Notes: generated from the sequence alone by a model not told the origin. 64,000 bases of DNA from an uncultured Gemmatimonadales bacterium (GCA_963796635.1 CAWCMH010000001.1:2660209-2724208), one strand, 5' to 3'. Positions 1 through 9,912 are shown, counted from the first letter of the stretch. Program-made: numbers and translations.

Positions 1-2637
1 ACCATCCTGATCGCGGCGTCGCTTGCGCTGCCCGCGTGCGCAACGCACTCGGCGCCCGATACGCCGCGCATTGAAACGGTGACCGTGCAGCGCGCCGCCG
101 GATTCGACCGCTCGCCGCCGCTCGCCGCGATGCCATCACCATCGACGTCACTCGACCCGCCGGACTGCGGCCAACCCGCCTGCGGCACGTCGCCCGATCC
201 CGACGTCGATGCGTCGCGCGACACCGACGCGATCATGGTCGCACCGCCTGTCGCCGCCGCCGCCGTGAATGTCGAGCAACGTGCGCAAGGTCCGCGCGCG
301 CCCCTGCCGGTCCTCACCGAGTTCGACGGGCTCGGCGCAGGTTTCAGCGGACCGCAGGGCGGCCGCCGCTTTGGCAATCCGTCGGACAACACGCTCGCCG
401 TCGGACCCGATCACATCGTGCAGATCGTCAACGGCGGCATGGCCGTGTTCACCCGGAAGGGCGCGCTGTTCGACACCACCGGCAAGGTGCTCTACGGTCC
501 CAATCGCAGCAATGCGATCTTCACCGGCTTTGGCGGGCCGTGCGAAACCCGCAGCAGCGGTGACGCCGTGGTGCGTTACGACCAGCTCGCGCACCGCTGG
601 CTGTACGTGCTGCCGGTCTTTCAGCGCGGCGAGACGCCGCCGATTCCCGTCACGCGTGAAAGCCAGCCTGGACAGACCGGACAGCCGGGCGACGCCGGCC
701 CGCGCGGGTTGATCAACGCACCGGTGCCGCCCGCCGTGCCGCCTCGCGCCCCCAACGCCGCGGGACGCGGGCGCGGGCGCAACCCCGGCGTGCCGCCGCT
801 GGAGCAAGCTCCGCCGCCGCAACCGCCGTACTCGATGTGTTACGCCGTGAGTGTGACCAGCGATCCGCTGGGCCCCTATTACCGCTACGAATTCCTGCGG
901 CCCCTCTTTCCCGATTACCCCCGGCCGGCCATCTGGCCCGATGGGTATTACGTGCCGAGCAGCACGAGCGACAACTTCATCCAGAAGCACGCGTGTGTCG
1001 TCGATCGCAACCGGATGTTGCAAGGCCTGCCGGCCACCGAGCAGTGCATCGTGATCGACGGCGTCAACTTCCTCAACAACGCCGACATCGACGGGCAGGC
1101 GTTGCCGCCGGCCGGTGCGCCCAACATCGTCATGGCGGCCGGCGGCGAGCAGCTGCACCAGCGCTTTGCCGACGACGCGATCTACGCGTGGCAGTTTCAC
1201 GTCGACTGGAACGATCCGGGCAAGACCGGCCTGCGCGGGCCGGTGCGGATTCCCGTCGCACCATATCACTATCTCTGCAACGGTCAGCTCACCAACTGCG
1301 TGCCGCAGCCCGACACCACGCGTCGTCTCGACGCGCAGGGCGACAAGCTGATGCAGCGGCTGGTCTACCGGAATGTCGACGGACACGAATCGATTGTCGC
1401 GGTGCACTCGATCAACACGTCGGCGGGCGGGGGCGGCGTGCGCTGGTATGAATTCCGCCTCGATGCCAACCGCACGCCGGTGCTCTATCAGCAGGGCACC
1501 TATGCCCCCGACAGCCTCTACCGCTGGCTGGGGAGTGCCGCGATGGATCGTCGCGGCAACATCGGCATCGGCTACTCGTTCGGGGGCAGCGCCGAGTATC
1601 CCGGTCAGCGATTCGCCGGCCGCCTGGCCGGCGATCCGCGCGGCCAACTCACGTTTCACGAAAGCGTGCTCGCGCAGGGCGAGGCATCACAGGGCAACCA
1701 GATGCGCTGGGAGGACTACACCACCACCGCGATGGATCCACGCGATGATTGCACCATGTGGTACGTCGGCGACTACCTCAAGCACGGCGAGACGAACTAT
1801 TCCACCCGCATCGGCGCGTTCCGTTTTCCCGGCTGCCGCCAGGGCACCGTCGCGGGGTCGGCGTTCTTTGATGTCAATCACGACGGCGTGCGCGACGGCA
1901 AGGAGCCGGGCCTGCCGCATGTCGACGTGCACTACGCCGGTGCGCAATCGGGGAAGCTCGTCACCGACGCCCACGGCGACTTCACCATCACGCTGCCGGC
2001 CGATTCGGTATACGCGAGCGTCGACTACCGCTTTGCCGCGGCCCCGGTCGCGCGCCGTGGCTGGACGTCGACGGCACCGCTGCACTCGCTTCCCGATGGC
2101 GTGACGCATTCCGACGCCGGCTTTCGGGTGCACCTGTCGCACGATGATCACGTGACCGCCGTCGCGTTCGGCAGCGTGTGCACCGTGCCGAGTCGCGGGG
2201 CGCGCGATGCCGCGTTCTGGACCAGCAATGTCGGCGCCGCCATCATGGCGAAACTTGATTCCAACTGGACCCGACTCTTCGATTCCATCGACGTGGTCGA
2301 TTCGGCGGGCGCGCGTTTGCGGACGCCGCGCGGGCCGGCCGGGTACGATGCGCTGCGCGCGTGGCTTCCGGGCGCACTCACCGGGACCCCGATGCAGCGG
2401 CAATCCGCCGCACTGGTGGTCGCCGGGCTCAACGTGGTGTCCGAGACGATCGACGGGAACGCAACGATCCAGGACCCGGTCGAACGCGACTGGCCGCAGG
2501 TGCGCGGCATCCTCGGCCGCGCCAGTGTGGCGCTGGCAACCGGCGACACCAGCGTGCCGCAGTACATCGCGCTGGTACGCGCGTTGAATGCCAACACCGC
2601 GCTGATCACGCCGGTGGACCCGGGAGGTTGCCGATAG
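1..2637 (+). CDS. Secreted lipoprotein of unknown function, 5'-partial at window edge, with SdrD-B/Cna-B-like C-terminal domain
   Basis: Frame 1 is open from nt 1. TILIAASLALPAC is the end of a lipoprotein signal peptide (lipobox L-P-A-C) upstream of the track start at 79. High GC3. FFDVNHDGVRDGKEPGLPHVDVHY..TDAHGDFTI resembles SdrD B-type repeats. The rest is unrecognised. Confidence 0.6.
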   Translation, partial: TILIAASLALPACATHSAPDTPRIETVTVQRAAGFDRSPPLAAMPSPSTSLDPPDCGQPACGTSPDPDVDASRDTDAIMVAPPVAAAAVNVEQRAQGPRAPLPVLTEFDGLGAGFSGPQGGRRFGNPSDNTLAVGPDHIVQIVNGGMAVFTRKGALFDTTGKVLYGPNRSNAIFTGFGGPCETRSSGDAVVRYDQLAHRWLYVLPVFQRGETPPIPVTRESQPGQTGQPGDAGPRGLINAPVPPAVPPRAPNAAGRGRGRNPGVPPLEQAPPPQPPYSMCYAVSVTSDPLGPYYRYEFLRPLFPDYPRPAIWPDGYYVPSSTSDNFIQKHACVVDRNRMLQGLPATEQCIVIDGVNFLNNADIDGQALPPAGAPNIVMAAGGEQLHQRFADDAIYAWQFHVDWNDPGKTGLRGPVRIPVAPYHYLCNGQLTNCVPQPDTTRRLDAQGDKLMQRLVYRNVDGHESIVAVHSINTSAGGGGVRWYEFRLDANRTPVLYQQGTYAPDSLYRWLGSAAMDRRGNIGIGYSFGGSAEYPGQRFAGRLAGDPRGQLTFHESVLAQGEASQGNQMRWEDYTTTAMDPRDDCTMWYVGDYLKHGETNYSTRIGAFRFPGCRQGTVAGSAFFDVNHDGVRDGKEPGLPHVDVHYAGAQSGKLVTDAHGDFTITLPADSVYASVDYRFAAAPVARRGWTSTAPLHSLPDGVTHSDAGFRVHLSHDDHVTAVAFGSVCTVPSRGARDAAFWTSNVGAAIMAKLDSNWTRLFDSIDVVDSAGARLRTPRGPAGYDALRAWLPGALTGTPMQRQSAALVVAGLNVVSETIDGNATIQDPVERDWPQVRGILGRASVALATGDTSVPQYIALVRALNANTALITPVDPGGCR

Positions 2638-2770
2638 GCGCCCGCACGTGACCAAAGCCCGGCGCGCGGCGACACCGCAAACGCGTTCGCCGTGGGCCAG
2701 GGCATGTGGGCTGTTGCGTGCGAACCACCGGGGCAGAAAACGTCACTCGGGTATCCACCGGGAGGACGTC

Positions 2771-3046
2771 ATGGCAGCCAGGCGTTGGTCAGGAAAGGTG
2801 ACGAAGCACAGCCACGCACTCGATCTCGATCCGGGCGTGTTCACCCGCGACGATCCGAAAAGCATCGCCCGGTCGCTCAAGCGCTCGGCGGAGCGGAGCA
2901 CCCAACGCAAGTCCGATCCGTATCGCTCCGCCATGAGCATGCTCACGTTCTACATCAATCGCGCGGGCACATCACTGCCAGCGCGGACGAAGCGCCGGCT
3001 GGAATCCGCCAAGACCGAGTTGCGGCGCCTCTACCACAAGCCATGA
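2771..3046 (+). CDS. DUF3175-family small protein
   Basis: ATG at 2771 preceded by GGAGGA at 2761-2766. Sequence WSGKVTKHSHALDLDPGVFT..SAMSMLTFYINRAGTSL..AKTELRRLY matches my recollection of the DUF3175 signature. Confidence 0.6.
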   Translation: MAARRWSGKVTKHSHALDLDPGVFTRDDPKSIARSLKRSAERSTQRKSDPYRSAMSMLTFYINRAGTSLPARTKRRLESAKTELRRLYHKP

Positions 3047-3148
3047 GAGAAGGAGAGAAGGAGAGACGATGGCGAAGGCGGGAGAGGCGCGGTTTTCGTT
3101 TTCTCTTTCTCTTTTTCTCCTTTTCTCCTTCTCTCTCCTTCTCTCCCG
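3045..3148. repeat. Polypurine/polypyrimidine (GA-rich then TC-rich) inverted repeat between convergent genes
   Basis: gagagaaggagagaaggagaga (3045-3066) is complementary to tctctccttctctcc near 3133-3147. The intervening ttttcgttttctctttctctttttctccttttctcc is a pyrimidine tract. It lies exactly between the stop codons at 3046 (+) and 3150 (-). Confidence 0.8.
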
Positions 3149-3149
3149 C

Positions 3150-4346
3150 CTACTTTCCGCCGCGCACCACGAACATCGCCACGCCGTGCGGCGGCACCCC
3201 CGCCGTGAGGACGTCGTTGACCGGCTGCTCGAAGTGACTCCACAGGTCACGCGCGACGTAACTGTGCGCGGGCGCCATGGCGAGATCCGCGAGGGTGATC
3301 GACATCGACTTGGCGACGGTATCGAGATTGAGGAACACGATCGCGCGCGAGCCATCGTGCATCGGCTTGGTCCAGATCTCGGTGTGCGCCGCCGAATCGA
3401 CGCGAAACCGCGATCCCTGTTCCCCGCCCCAGTCCTGGTCGACGGCAATGACGTCGGGATTGGTCAGGATGAAGCGCGTCGAATCATCCATGTGCCGCAG
3501 GTCGTTGCCGGCGATCAATGGCGCGTTGAGAATCGCCCAGAGCGAGAAGTGCGCGATGTACTCGTTGAATGTCATGTGCCCGTTGCCGACTTCGAGCATG
3601 TCGGGGTCGTTCCACCCGCCGGGACCGGAATATTTCGCGATCGGCACCTGTTGTTCGAGGTTGTCGATCATCGACTTCCAGTTGTCGCTGATGTCGCCGG
3701 TGGTCCGCCACAACTTGCCGCCCACCGACCGGCCCCACAACCACGGCACGCTGTCGCCCCACTCGCAGAGTGAGAAGACGATCGGCTTCCCTGTGGCCTT
3801 GAGCGCGTTGCCCATCGCCGTGTACCGCTCGATTTCCGGACGGTGCTCGCCATTGCAGTTGTCGTACTTGAGGTAATCGACGCCCCACTCGGCAAACTTC
3901 TTCGCGTCGGCCGCCTCGTGATCGAGCGATGCCGGGTAGCCCGCGCAGGTCTTCACGCCGGCCGATGAATAGATGCCGAGCTTGAGTCCCTTGGCGTGCA
4001 CGTAGTCGGCGACGCCCTTGATGCCCTGGGGGAAGGTGACCGAGTCGGCCTGGAGATTGCCTTGGGCATCGCGTTGCTTCGCCATCCAGCAGTCGTCGAT
4101 GTTGACATAGCGATACCCGGCGTCACGCATGCCGGAACTCACCATGGCGTCGGCGGTCTGCTCGATCAGCGCCGCACTCACGTGACAGCCGAACTTGTTC
4201 CAGCTGTTCCATCCCATCGGGGGCGTGGCGGCGAGCTGTCCGCCGCTCGGCAGCGGGGCCGTGGAGGCGTGGGAGCCGCCACAGGCGGCGAGGAGGGCGA
4301 GGGTGAGGGGTAGGCAGAATCTGTGTTGCATGGCTTCTCCGTTCAT
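3150..4346 (-). CDS. Alpha-galactosidase, glycoside hydrolase family 27, lipoprotein signal
   Basis: PPMGWNSWNKFGCHV, YVNIDDCWM and LKYDNC motifs typical of GH27. N-terminal LTLALLAACGG lipobox. The true start may be the ATG at 4331 (MQHRF). Confidence 0.85.
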   Translation of the reverse strand: MNGEAMQHRFCLPLTLALLAACGGSHASTAPLPSGGQLAATPPMGWNSWNKFGCHVSAALIEQTADAMVSSGMRDAGYRYVNIDDCWMAKQRDAQGNLQADSVTFPQGIKGVADYVHAKGLKLGIYSSAGVKTCAGYPASLDHEAADAKKFAEWGVDYLKYDNCNGEHRPEIERYTAMGNALKATGKPIVFSLCEWGDSVPWLWGRSVGGKLWRTTGDISDNWKSMIDNLEQQVPIAKYSGPGGWNDPDMLEVGNGHMTFNEYIAHFSLWAILNAPLIAGNDLRHMDDSTRFILTNPDVIAVDQDWGGEQGSRFRVDSAAHTEIWTKPMHDGSRAIVFLNLDTVAKSMSITLADLAMAPAHSYVARDLWSHFEQPVNDVLTAGVPPHGVAMFVVRGGK

Positions 4347-4821
4347 GTCATCCCGAGCGCAGCGAGGGATCGCTTTCCGGTCACGGCCGTCACCCGAAGC
4401 AGCGCGAGGGATCGCTTACCAACCGCGCGATCTGTCCCGCGTAATGATGTAACCCAATGCGTTGAAACATGCCAGCCTGCTCGCCCCGGTCGCCTACGAT
4501 GCGGCATGGCCCGGACCTACTTCGTCTACATCCTCGCTGGCCGCACACGCGTGCTCTATGTTGGCGTGACCAACAACGTCGTGCGCCGCGTTCACGAGCA
4601 CCGTGCGGGTGTCGGATCGCGGTTCACGAGACGATATGGGGTACATCAGTTGGTATATGTCGAATCAACCGCGAAAGTTGTCGCTGCTATTCGCCGCGAG
4701 AAGGAGATCAAGGGCTGGACCCGCTCCAAGAAAATGGCGCTGATCGAGAGCGCCAATCCTGGATGGGAGGATGTGATGATCGGCTTGACGGAGAACGATC
4801 CCTCGCTGCGCTCGGGATGAC
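4347..4821 (+). mobile_element. Candidate small mobile unit: GIY-YIG nuclease gene bracketed by inverted copies of the dispersed 25-27 nt repeat
   Basis: Forward repeat gtcatcccgagcgcagcgagggatcgc at 4347-4373, with a degenerate second forward copy at 4389-4415. Reverse copy gatccctcgctgcgctcgggatgac at 4797-4821 contains the nuclease stop codon. Confidence 0.45.
4506..4820 (+). CDS. GIY-YIG nuclease family protein (UPF0213-like)
   Basis: MARTYFVYILAGRTRVLYVGVTNNVVRRVHEHR..GSRFTRRYGV..LVYVE carries the GIY/YIG motifs and conserved Arg/Glu. The last 7 codons (DPSLRSG) are encoded by the repeat. The track ORF from 4323 reads through repeat copies and is an artefact. Confidence 0.85.
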   Translation: MARTYFVYILAGRTRVLYVGVTNNVVRRVHEHRAGVGSRFTRRYGVHQLVYVESTAKVVAAIRREKEIKGWTRSKKMALIESANPGWEDVMIGLTENDPSLRSG

Positions 4822-4862
4822 AGCGGCGGCCGGAGAGCGACCCCGAGCGCAGAAATCCGCGT

Positions 4863-7208
4863 CTATTCGGACCACGTCGTCGCGAGTACCTTCTTGCGAA
4901 GCGCGACGTAGCGCGGATCGCTGTCCATGCTGCGGAGCCACGGCATGTCCCATCCCAGAAAAAGCCGGATTCCGTACGTCTTCATCTGGTACGCCTCGTC
5001 GAGCATCGCCATGGCCTTGTCGCGGTCGCCAACGGCCGCGTACGAAATCGCCAGAAAATCCGGGTCGACCCACTGCCGCCGAGCGCGCGCCTCCATGGCG
5101 TGAATTTCGCGCAGCGCGTCATCGCGCCGACCCATGCGCGCATAGGTCATCACCAGCCCGTAGGACGGCAGATCGGACATCTTCTTGAAGTCCTCGAATG
5201 CCGCCAGCGATTCATCGAGCCGCCCGAGTTCGCGCAATGCATTGCCATCGGTGACATCGATCAGGACAACAGTGGGATCGATCTTCTTCGCGGCGATCTT
5301 CTGGTGCAGCGCCGCCTCGTACTGGCCGTCCCACAGCAATGCCTCGGCGCGCAAATGCGGTCCCAGCGGTGACAGGGGATCGACCTGAATCAGCGAATCC
5401 GCCAGGCCGATTGCCCGCTTGGTGTTTCCCGAAAGAAATGAAAACGTCGCCACCATGAACAGCGCGTCCGGCGAGCCTGGGTTGATGGCCAGACCGCGAT
5501 TCATCTCGGCGATGCCTCGCGGGAAATCCCAGTTGGCCGCAGCCAGCTCAAATCCGTAGATCACGCGTGCTTCAGGTAGCAGTGAGTCGGCGGCCAGCGC
5601 CAGGCGCGCTTGCTGGAGGGCAAGCGTGTGATACTCGTGCGACGGGGCGTAGGTGTCGGCGAGAATGTCGTACGAAAAAGCGAGTCCAGCGCGGGCCTGG
5701 GCATAGCCAGGATCGATGGCGAGCGCCTGCTGAAAGTAGTTCACGGCGCGCGCGAGTCCCGCCGAGTCGACCTTGTTTTTTTCGAATTCGCCGTGCATGA
5801 ACAAGTCGTGCGCCTCGGGGCTTTCGGTGCGCCCGGTCCGCGCGGCCGGCGACAGCGCGACGCGCATCTCGCTCGCGACGGCAGCGGCCACTTCGTCCTG
5901 CAGCGCGAAGTTGTCCTTCATCTCGCGGTCGAACTTCTTCGACCAGAGCAGCTTGCCCGATGCGTCGTTCAGCTGCATCTGCAGCCGGATGGCATTGCCC
6001 TGCGACTGCAGCGTGCCGCTCACCAGCATGCCGACGTGCAACTGGGAGGCGATGTCGTTCGGTGCAAGCCGAGTATGCTTGAACCGTGACGTGCTCAAGT
6101 CGCCGACCACCTCAAGTCCCGGGGTCTGCCGCAAGTTGCTGGCGAGTTCGCTGGTCATGCCGTCGGCCAGGTACTCCTTGGCTGAATCGCCGCCCGCGTT
6201 CTCGATCGGCAGCACGGCGAGCGATCGCGCCAGCGTGTGCGATGCTCCGGCTGACGGCCGTTTCACGATCATCACAGTCGCAATCGCGGCGATAGCAACC
6301 GCCGCTGCGTACCACGGCCAGCGCACACGACGGCGATTCGGCGGGGAGAAGGCAGCCGCTCCGCTCACTGGAACGCTATCCAGTGCGCGAGCAACATCCT
6401 CGGCGTGTTGCGGACGACGGTCGGGATCCTTCTCCAGGCACTGCGTCACCACGGCCGCGAGGGTTGGCGGCGTGTCGGCCCGCACGTCGCCGATCGGCAC
6501 CGGCGTCTCGGTCAACTGGGCGGCCATGACCCGCTGCAAATTGTCGCGAACGAATGGCGGTGTTCCCGCGAGTAGTTCGTAGGCCATGCACCCGAGGGAA
6601 TAGATGTCCGCGCGCTGATCGATGTGCGGATCACCCGCCGCTTGCTCAGGAGCCATGTAGGCGGCGGTCCCGATCGACATGCCGGTCTGGGTGAGATTCG
6701 CCGCCTCGCCGTGGGTGCGCGCGGCGCTGATCGCCTTGGCGATGCCGAAATCGGTCACGACAGCCGCTCCGGCCGACAGCAGCACGTTGTCGGGCTTGAT
6801 GTCGCGATGCACGACCCCGTGCTGGTGCGCGTAACTCAATGCTCGCGAGACATCACGAAGGACGTTGACCACGTCCGCAACTGGTAACGGGCCCTGCGCG
6901 AGGTGATGCCGCAACGATTCGCCGTCGACGAACGGCATGGTGAAATAGGGCAGACCATCGATGTCGCCGGCTGCCAGCACTGGGACAATGTTGGCCTGAT
7001 TCAGCGACGCCGCGAGCTGGATCTCGCGCTCGAAGCGCTCGAGCGACAACCCCTGGGCCAGCTCCGGCGACACGACCTTGATCACCACCTTCCGGTGCAG
7101 CCGCGTTTCCTCGGCGACGTAGACCCGCGACATGCCGCCGCCGCCGAGTTCACGGTCGATGACGTACTGGCCCGAGAGCGACACGCGGAGTTGCTCGAGG
7201 TGATCCAT
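4863..7208 (-). CDS. Ser/Thr protein kinase with C-terminal TPR-like repeats
   Basis: GGGGMSRVYVAEE..K (ATP site), HRDIKPDN, DFG and APE motifs. One predicted TM segment (WYAAAVAIAAIATVMIV), then a TPR-like helical region. ATG at 7208 (MDHLEQL) is preferred over the ATG at 7274. Confidence 0.85.
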   Translation of the reverse strand: MDHLEQLRVSLSGQYVIDRELGGGGMSRVYVAEETRLHRKVVIKVVSPELAQGLSLERFEREIQLAASLNQANIVPVLAAGDIDGLPYFTMPFVDGESLRHHLAQGPLPVADVVNVLRDVSRALSYAHQHGVVHRDIKPDNVLLSAGAAVVTDFGIAKAISAARTHGEAANLTQTGMSIGTAAYMAPEQAAGDPHIDQRADIYSLGCMAYELLAGTPPFVRDNLQRVMAAQLTETPVPIGDVRADTPPTLAAVVTQCLEKDPDRRPQHAEDVARALDSVPVSGAAAFSPPNRRRVRWPWYAAAVAIAAIATVMIVKRPSAGASHTLARSLAVLPIENAGGDSAKEYLADGMTSELASNLRQTPGLEVVGDLSTSRFKHTRLAPNDIASQLHVGMLVSGTLQSQGNAIRLQMQLNDASGKLLWSKKFDREMKDNFALQDEVAAAVASEMRVALSPAARTGRTESPEAHDLFMHGEFEKNKVDSAGLARAVNYFQQALAIDPGYAQARAGLAFSYDILADTYAPSHEYHTLALQQARLALAADSLLPEARVIYGFELAAANWDFPRGIAEMNRGLAINPGSPDALFMVATFSFLSGNTKRAIGLADSLIQVDPLSPLGPHLRAEALLWDGQYEAALHQKIAAKKIDPTVVLIDVTDGNALRELGRLDESLAAFEDFKKMSDLPSYGLVMTYARMGRRDDALREIHAMEARARRQWVDPDFLAISYAAVGDRDKAMAMLDEAYQMKTYGIRLFLGWDMPWLRSMDSDPRYVALRKKVLATTWSE

Positions 7209-7398
7209 GGATGCCGCTAATGGTACCTGTGGAGTGGCAGCGGGGCGAATCCGCCGTGCGAGAAGGTTGACCATACTGAATGCACGGCCTGTACCCCAGA
7301 CCCCGACTTCTGCCGCTTCCCCCGCGGTGACCTGTTTCGCCCCAGGAATACGCTTTTAGGGGTGACTCGTATTGCCGCCACCCGTTTCGGGAGATCCC

Positions 7399-9870
7399 AT
7401 GCAGCGCCTCGCGTCCCTGATCCTCGCCACCGCCTGCTGCCTGATTCCCGGGTGCAAGAGCAACTCCGGCGGCACCAGCGGCGGCAACGCTGTCGCCGCC
7501 GCCCAAGCCGCCACCGGCAGTGGCCAGACCGGCGAAGCAGGCGCCCAACTCGGCGCGCCGATCGTGATCTACGTCACCGACGGCAATGGCCAGGGGAAGG
7601 GCGGCGTGGTGGTCGAGGTGACCGTCACGGCGGGCACCGTCACGCCGGCGTCAACGACCACCGGCAACGACGGTAAGGCCAGCTTCACGTGGACCTTGGG
7701 CGACGTCATGGGTACCCAGACCTTCACCGCCCACGTCACCGGCCTCGATACCCCCGTCACTGTGACCGCAACCGCGACCGCTCCGGCATTGACGCTGGCG
7801 GCCGAAACGGGAAACAACCAGAGTGGCCCCGTCGGCATGCCACTGGCGCAACCGATCGTATTGCGCGTCACGCGAGTGCACGGCGGGGCCGGCGTCGCCA
7901 ACGTGCCGCTGACCCTCGCGGCTGGTAGCGACGGAACCCTGGATGTCACCAGCGTATCGACCGGCAGCGACGGCCGGGCGACGGTGCATTGGACGCTGGG
8001 GAGCACCGTGGGTTCGCAGAGCTTCACCGTGTCGGGGCCGAGCCTGACGACCCTCACGGTCAACGCCACCGGAACGGCTGCGCCAAACACATTGGCGGTC
8101 GATTCGGGAAATGGTCAGACCGGCGAAGTCGGCGCCGCGCTGGCGCACCAGATCGTCGCGCGCGTCACCCGGACGAGCGACGGCGGTGGAGTCGCCGGTG
8201 TGACGGTGTCATTCGCCGTGGCGACCGGCGGCGGCAGTGTCAGCGCGGCGACGGGAGTGACCGACGCCAATGGTCGCGCGCGCGTGACCTGGACGCTCGG
8301 TTCACTGGTTGGTGCGCAGACGTTGACGCTTTCGGCGCCGAACACCACGGGCCAGACCGTGACCGCCACGGCGACACCCGAAGCGCACGTGCTCCTGCTC
8401 GCAAGCGGTGGCGATCAGGCGGGCGCGGCCGGCGTGGCGCTGGCGCAGCCAATCGTCATCAAGGTGGCCCGAGCACGCGACAGCGCCGGCGTGGCGGGTG
8501 TGACCGTCAACTTCTCGGTGACTGCCGGTGGGGGCTCGGTCAACCACGCGTCGGTCACCTCTGCCGCCGATGGCACGACGAGCGTCATCTGGACCCTCGG
8601 CACAAGCGGAACCCAGACGCTGCAGGCCACCTCCACCGGACTCACCAGCGTGAACGTCAACGCAGTGGTCGGTTCGGCGTTGACGAACATCGTCCAGCTC
8701 TCGGCGGGTGATCAGCAGGTATGTGCCACGAACAGTGTGGGTGCCATCTATTGCTGGGGCGCCGACGGCTCCGATCAACTCGGTATTCCGGGCTACGGCG
8801 CCAACTACAGTCCCAGTCCGCTGCTGGTCCCGGCGAGCGGCAAGGTCTGGGCGCAGGCCGCCTCCGGGTACATCACCGGCTGTGGCCGCACCACCGCCGG
8901 CGCGGCGTACTGCTGGGGAGACAATGAGTACGGGTCGCTGGGAAACGGTTCGACCACGAGCACGGCGACGCCGACAGCGGTCGCCTCAAGCGGGCAGGTG
9001 TGGGCTCAGCTCGTCGGCGGGAGCTACTTCAACTGCGGTCGTACGACGGCCAATGTCGCGTGGTGCTGGGGCGACGACTATTACGGCGAGCTCGGCGACG
9101 GCGGTTCAGTCATCGAGCATGACTCGCCGATCATGGTGGCCGGCGGGCTGCAGTTCACCCAGCTGAGCACCAGTGGCGTCGATGGCGATGGCTACACCGT
9201 CTGCGGGTTGACGTCCGACGGATCGGCGTACTGCTGGGGATACAACGGCTACGGCGAATTCGGCGACGGCACGACCACCGACGAAAACGTCCCGACCGCA
9301 GTGGCCGGTGGTCACCACTTCGCGTCGATCGCCGCCGGCGCGTATCACACCTGCGGTGTGCTGCTCGGCGGCGCCGGTACGATGTGCTGGGGGTACAACG
9401 GCTACGGCGAGCTCGGCGACGGCACCACCATGGATCAGCTGACGCCGGTGATGGTGCAGACGTCACTCACCTTCGTGCAGGTGACGGCCGGCTATGAAAC
9501 GAGCTGCGGGCTCACCGCGACCGGGGCGGCGTATTGCTGGGGGAGCGGCGACTACGGCGAGATCGGCAACGGCGCCTACGACGACAGCAACGATCCGACG
9601 GCCGTCGCTGGCGGTCACGTCTTCGCGCAGCTCACGTCAGGGGACGAATTCACGTGCGGCGCCACCACCGGCGGTCTGGTCTACTGCTGGGGTGACAACT
9701 CGTATGGGCAGCTGGGGAACGACATCGATAACTGGAACGACCTGCCGTCGCTGGTGGGGGGTCCGGCGCTGCCGGGCTTGCGCCAACGCGTGGTGCTGCG
9801 GCGTAGCGCCGCAGCCGCATTGCGGGCCCCACGCGTGCCGCATTCGATCTTGCCGCCGCGTCATCCGTGA
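7399..9870 (+). CDS. Lipoprotein with about five Ig-like (Big_1-type) repeats followed by RCC1-like beta-propeller repeats
   Basis: MQRLASLILATACCLIPGC lipobox. Repeated units GNxQSG.VG..LAQPIV.RVTR..G.AGV..V...F.V..G...TGSDGRA.V.WTLGS.VG.Q. Then repeated YCWG.N.YG.LG.G blades. Confidence 0.8.
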   Translation: MQRLASLILATACCLIPGCKSNSGGTSGGNAVAAAQAATGSGQTGEAGAQLGAPIVIYVTDGNGQGKGGVVVEVTVTAGTVTPASTTTGNDGKASFTWTLGDVMGTQTFTAHVTGLDTPVTVTATATAPALTLAAETGNNQSGPVGMPLAQPIVLRVTRVHGGAGVANVPLTLAAGSDGTLDVTSVSTGSDGRATVHWTLGSTVGSQSFTVSGPSLTTLTVNATGTAAPNTLAVDSGNGQTGEVGAALAHQIVARVTRTSDGGGVAGVTVSFAVATGGGSVSAATGVTDANGRARVTWTLGSLVGAQTLTLSAPNTTGQTVTATATPEAHVLLLASGGDQAGAAGVALAQPIVIKVARARDSAGVAGVTVNFSVTAGGGSVNHASVTSAADGTTSVIWTLGTSGTQTLQATSTGLTSVNVNAVVGSALTNIVQLSAGDQQVCATNSVGAIYCWGADGSDQLGIPGYGANYSPSPLLVPASGKVWAQAASGYITGCGRTTAGAAYCWGDNEYGSLGNGSTTSTATPTAVASSGQVWAQLVGGSYFNCGRTTANVAWCWGDDYYGELGDGGSVIEHDSPIMVAGGLQFTQLSTSGVDGDGYTVCGLTSDGSAYCWGYNGYGEFGDGTTTDENVPTAVAGGHHFASIAAGAYHTCGVLLGGAGTMCWGYNGYGELGDGTTMDQLTPVMVQTSLTFVQVTAGYETSCGLTATGAAYCWGSGDYGEIGNGAYDDSNDPTAVAGGHVFAQLTSGDEFTCGATTGGLVYCWGDNSYGQLGNDIDNWNDLPSLVGGPALPGLRQRVVLRRSAAAALRAPRVPHSILPPRHP

Positions 9871-9912
9871 CCGGTGCGGCGGGGTGAGCCGTGTCGAACT
9901 CGCCGAGCGCGC

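Noticed and set aside
148-1659. 503-aa minus-strand ORF
   Set aside because: It is antisense to the lipoprotein gene. Its Arg/Ala/Gly/His-rich composition with low complexity is typical of shadow ORFs in high-GC DNA, and no motif is recognisable.
4323-4505. Upstream part of the GIY-YIG track ORF, and ORF 46381-46827
   Set aside because: Both are translations of the dispersed repeat copies (VIPSAARDR, SSRAQRGI peptides), which recur in several frames and loci. They are not coding.
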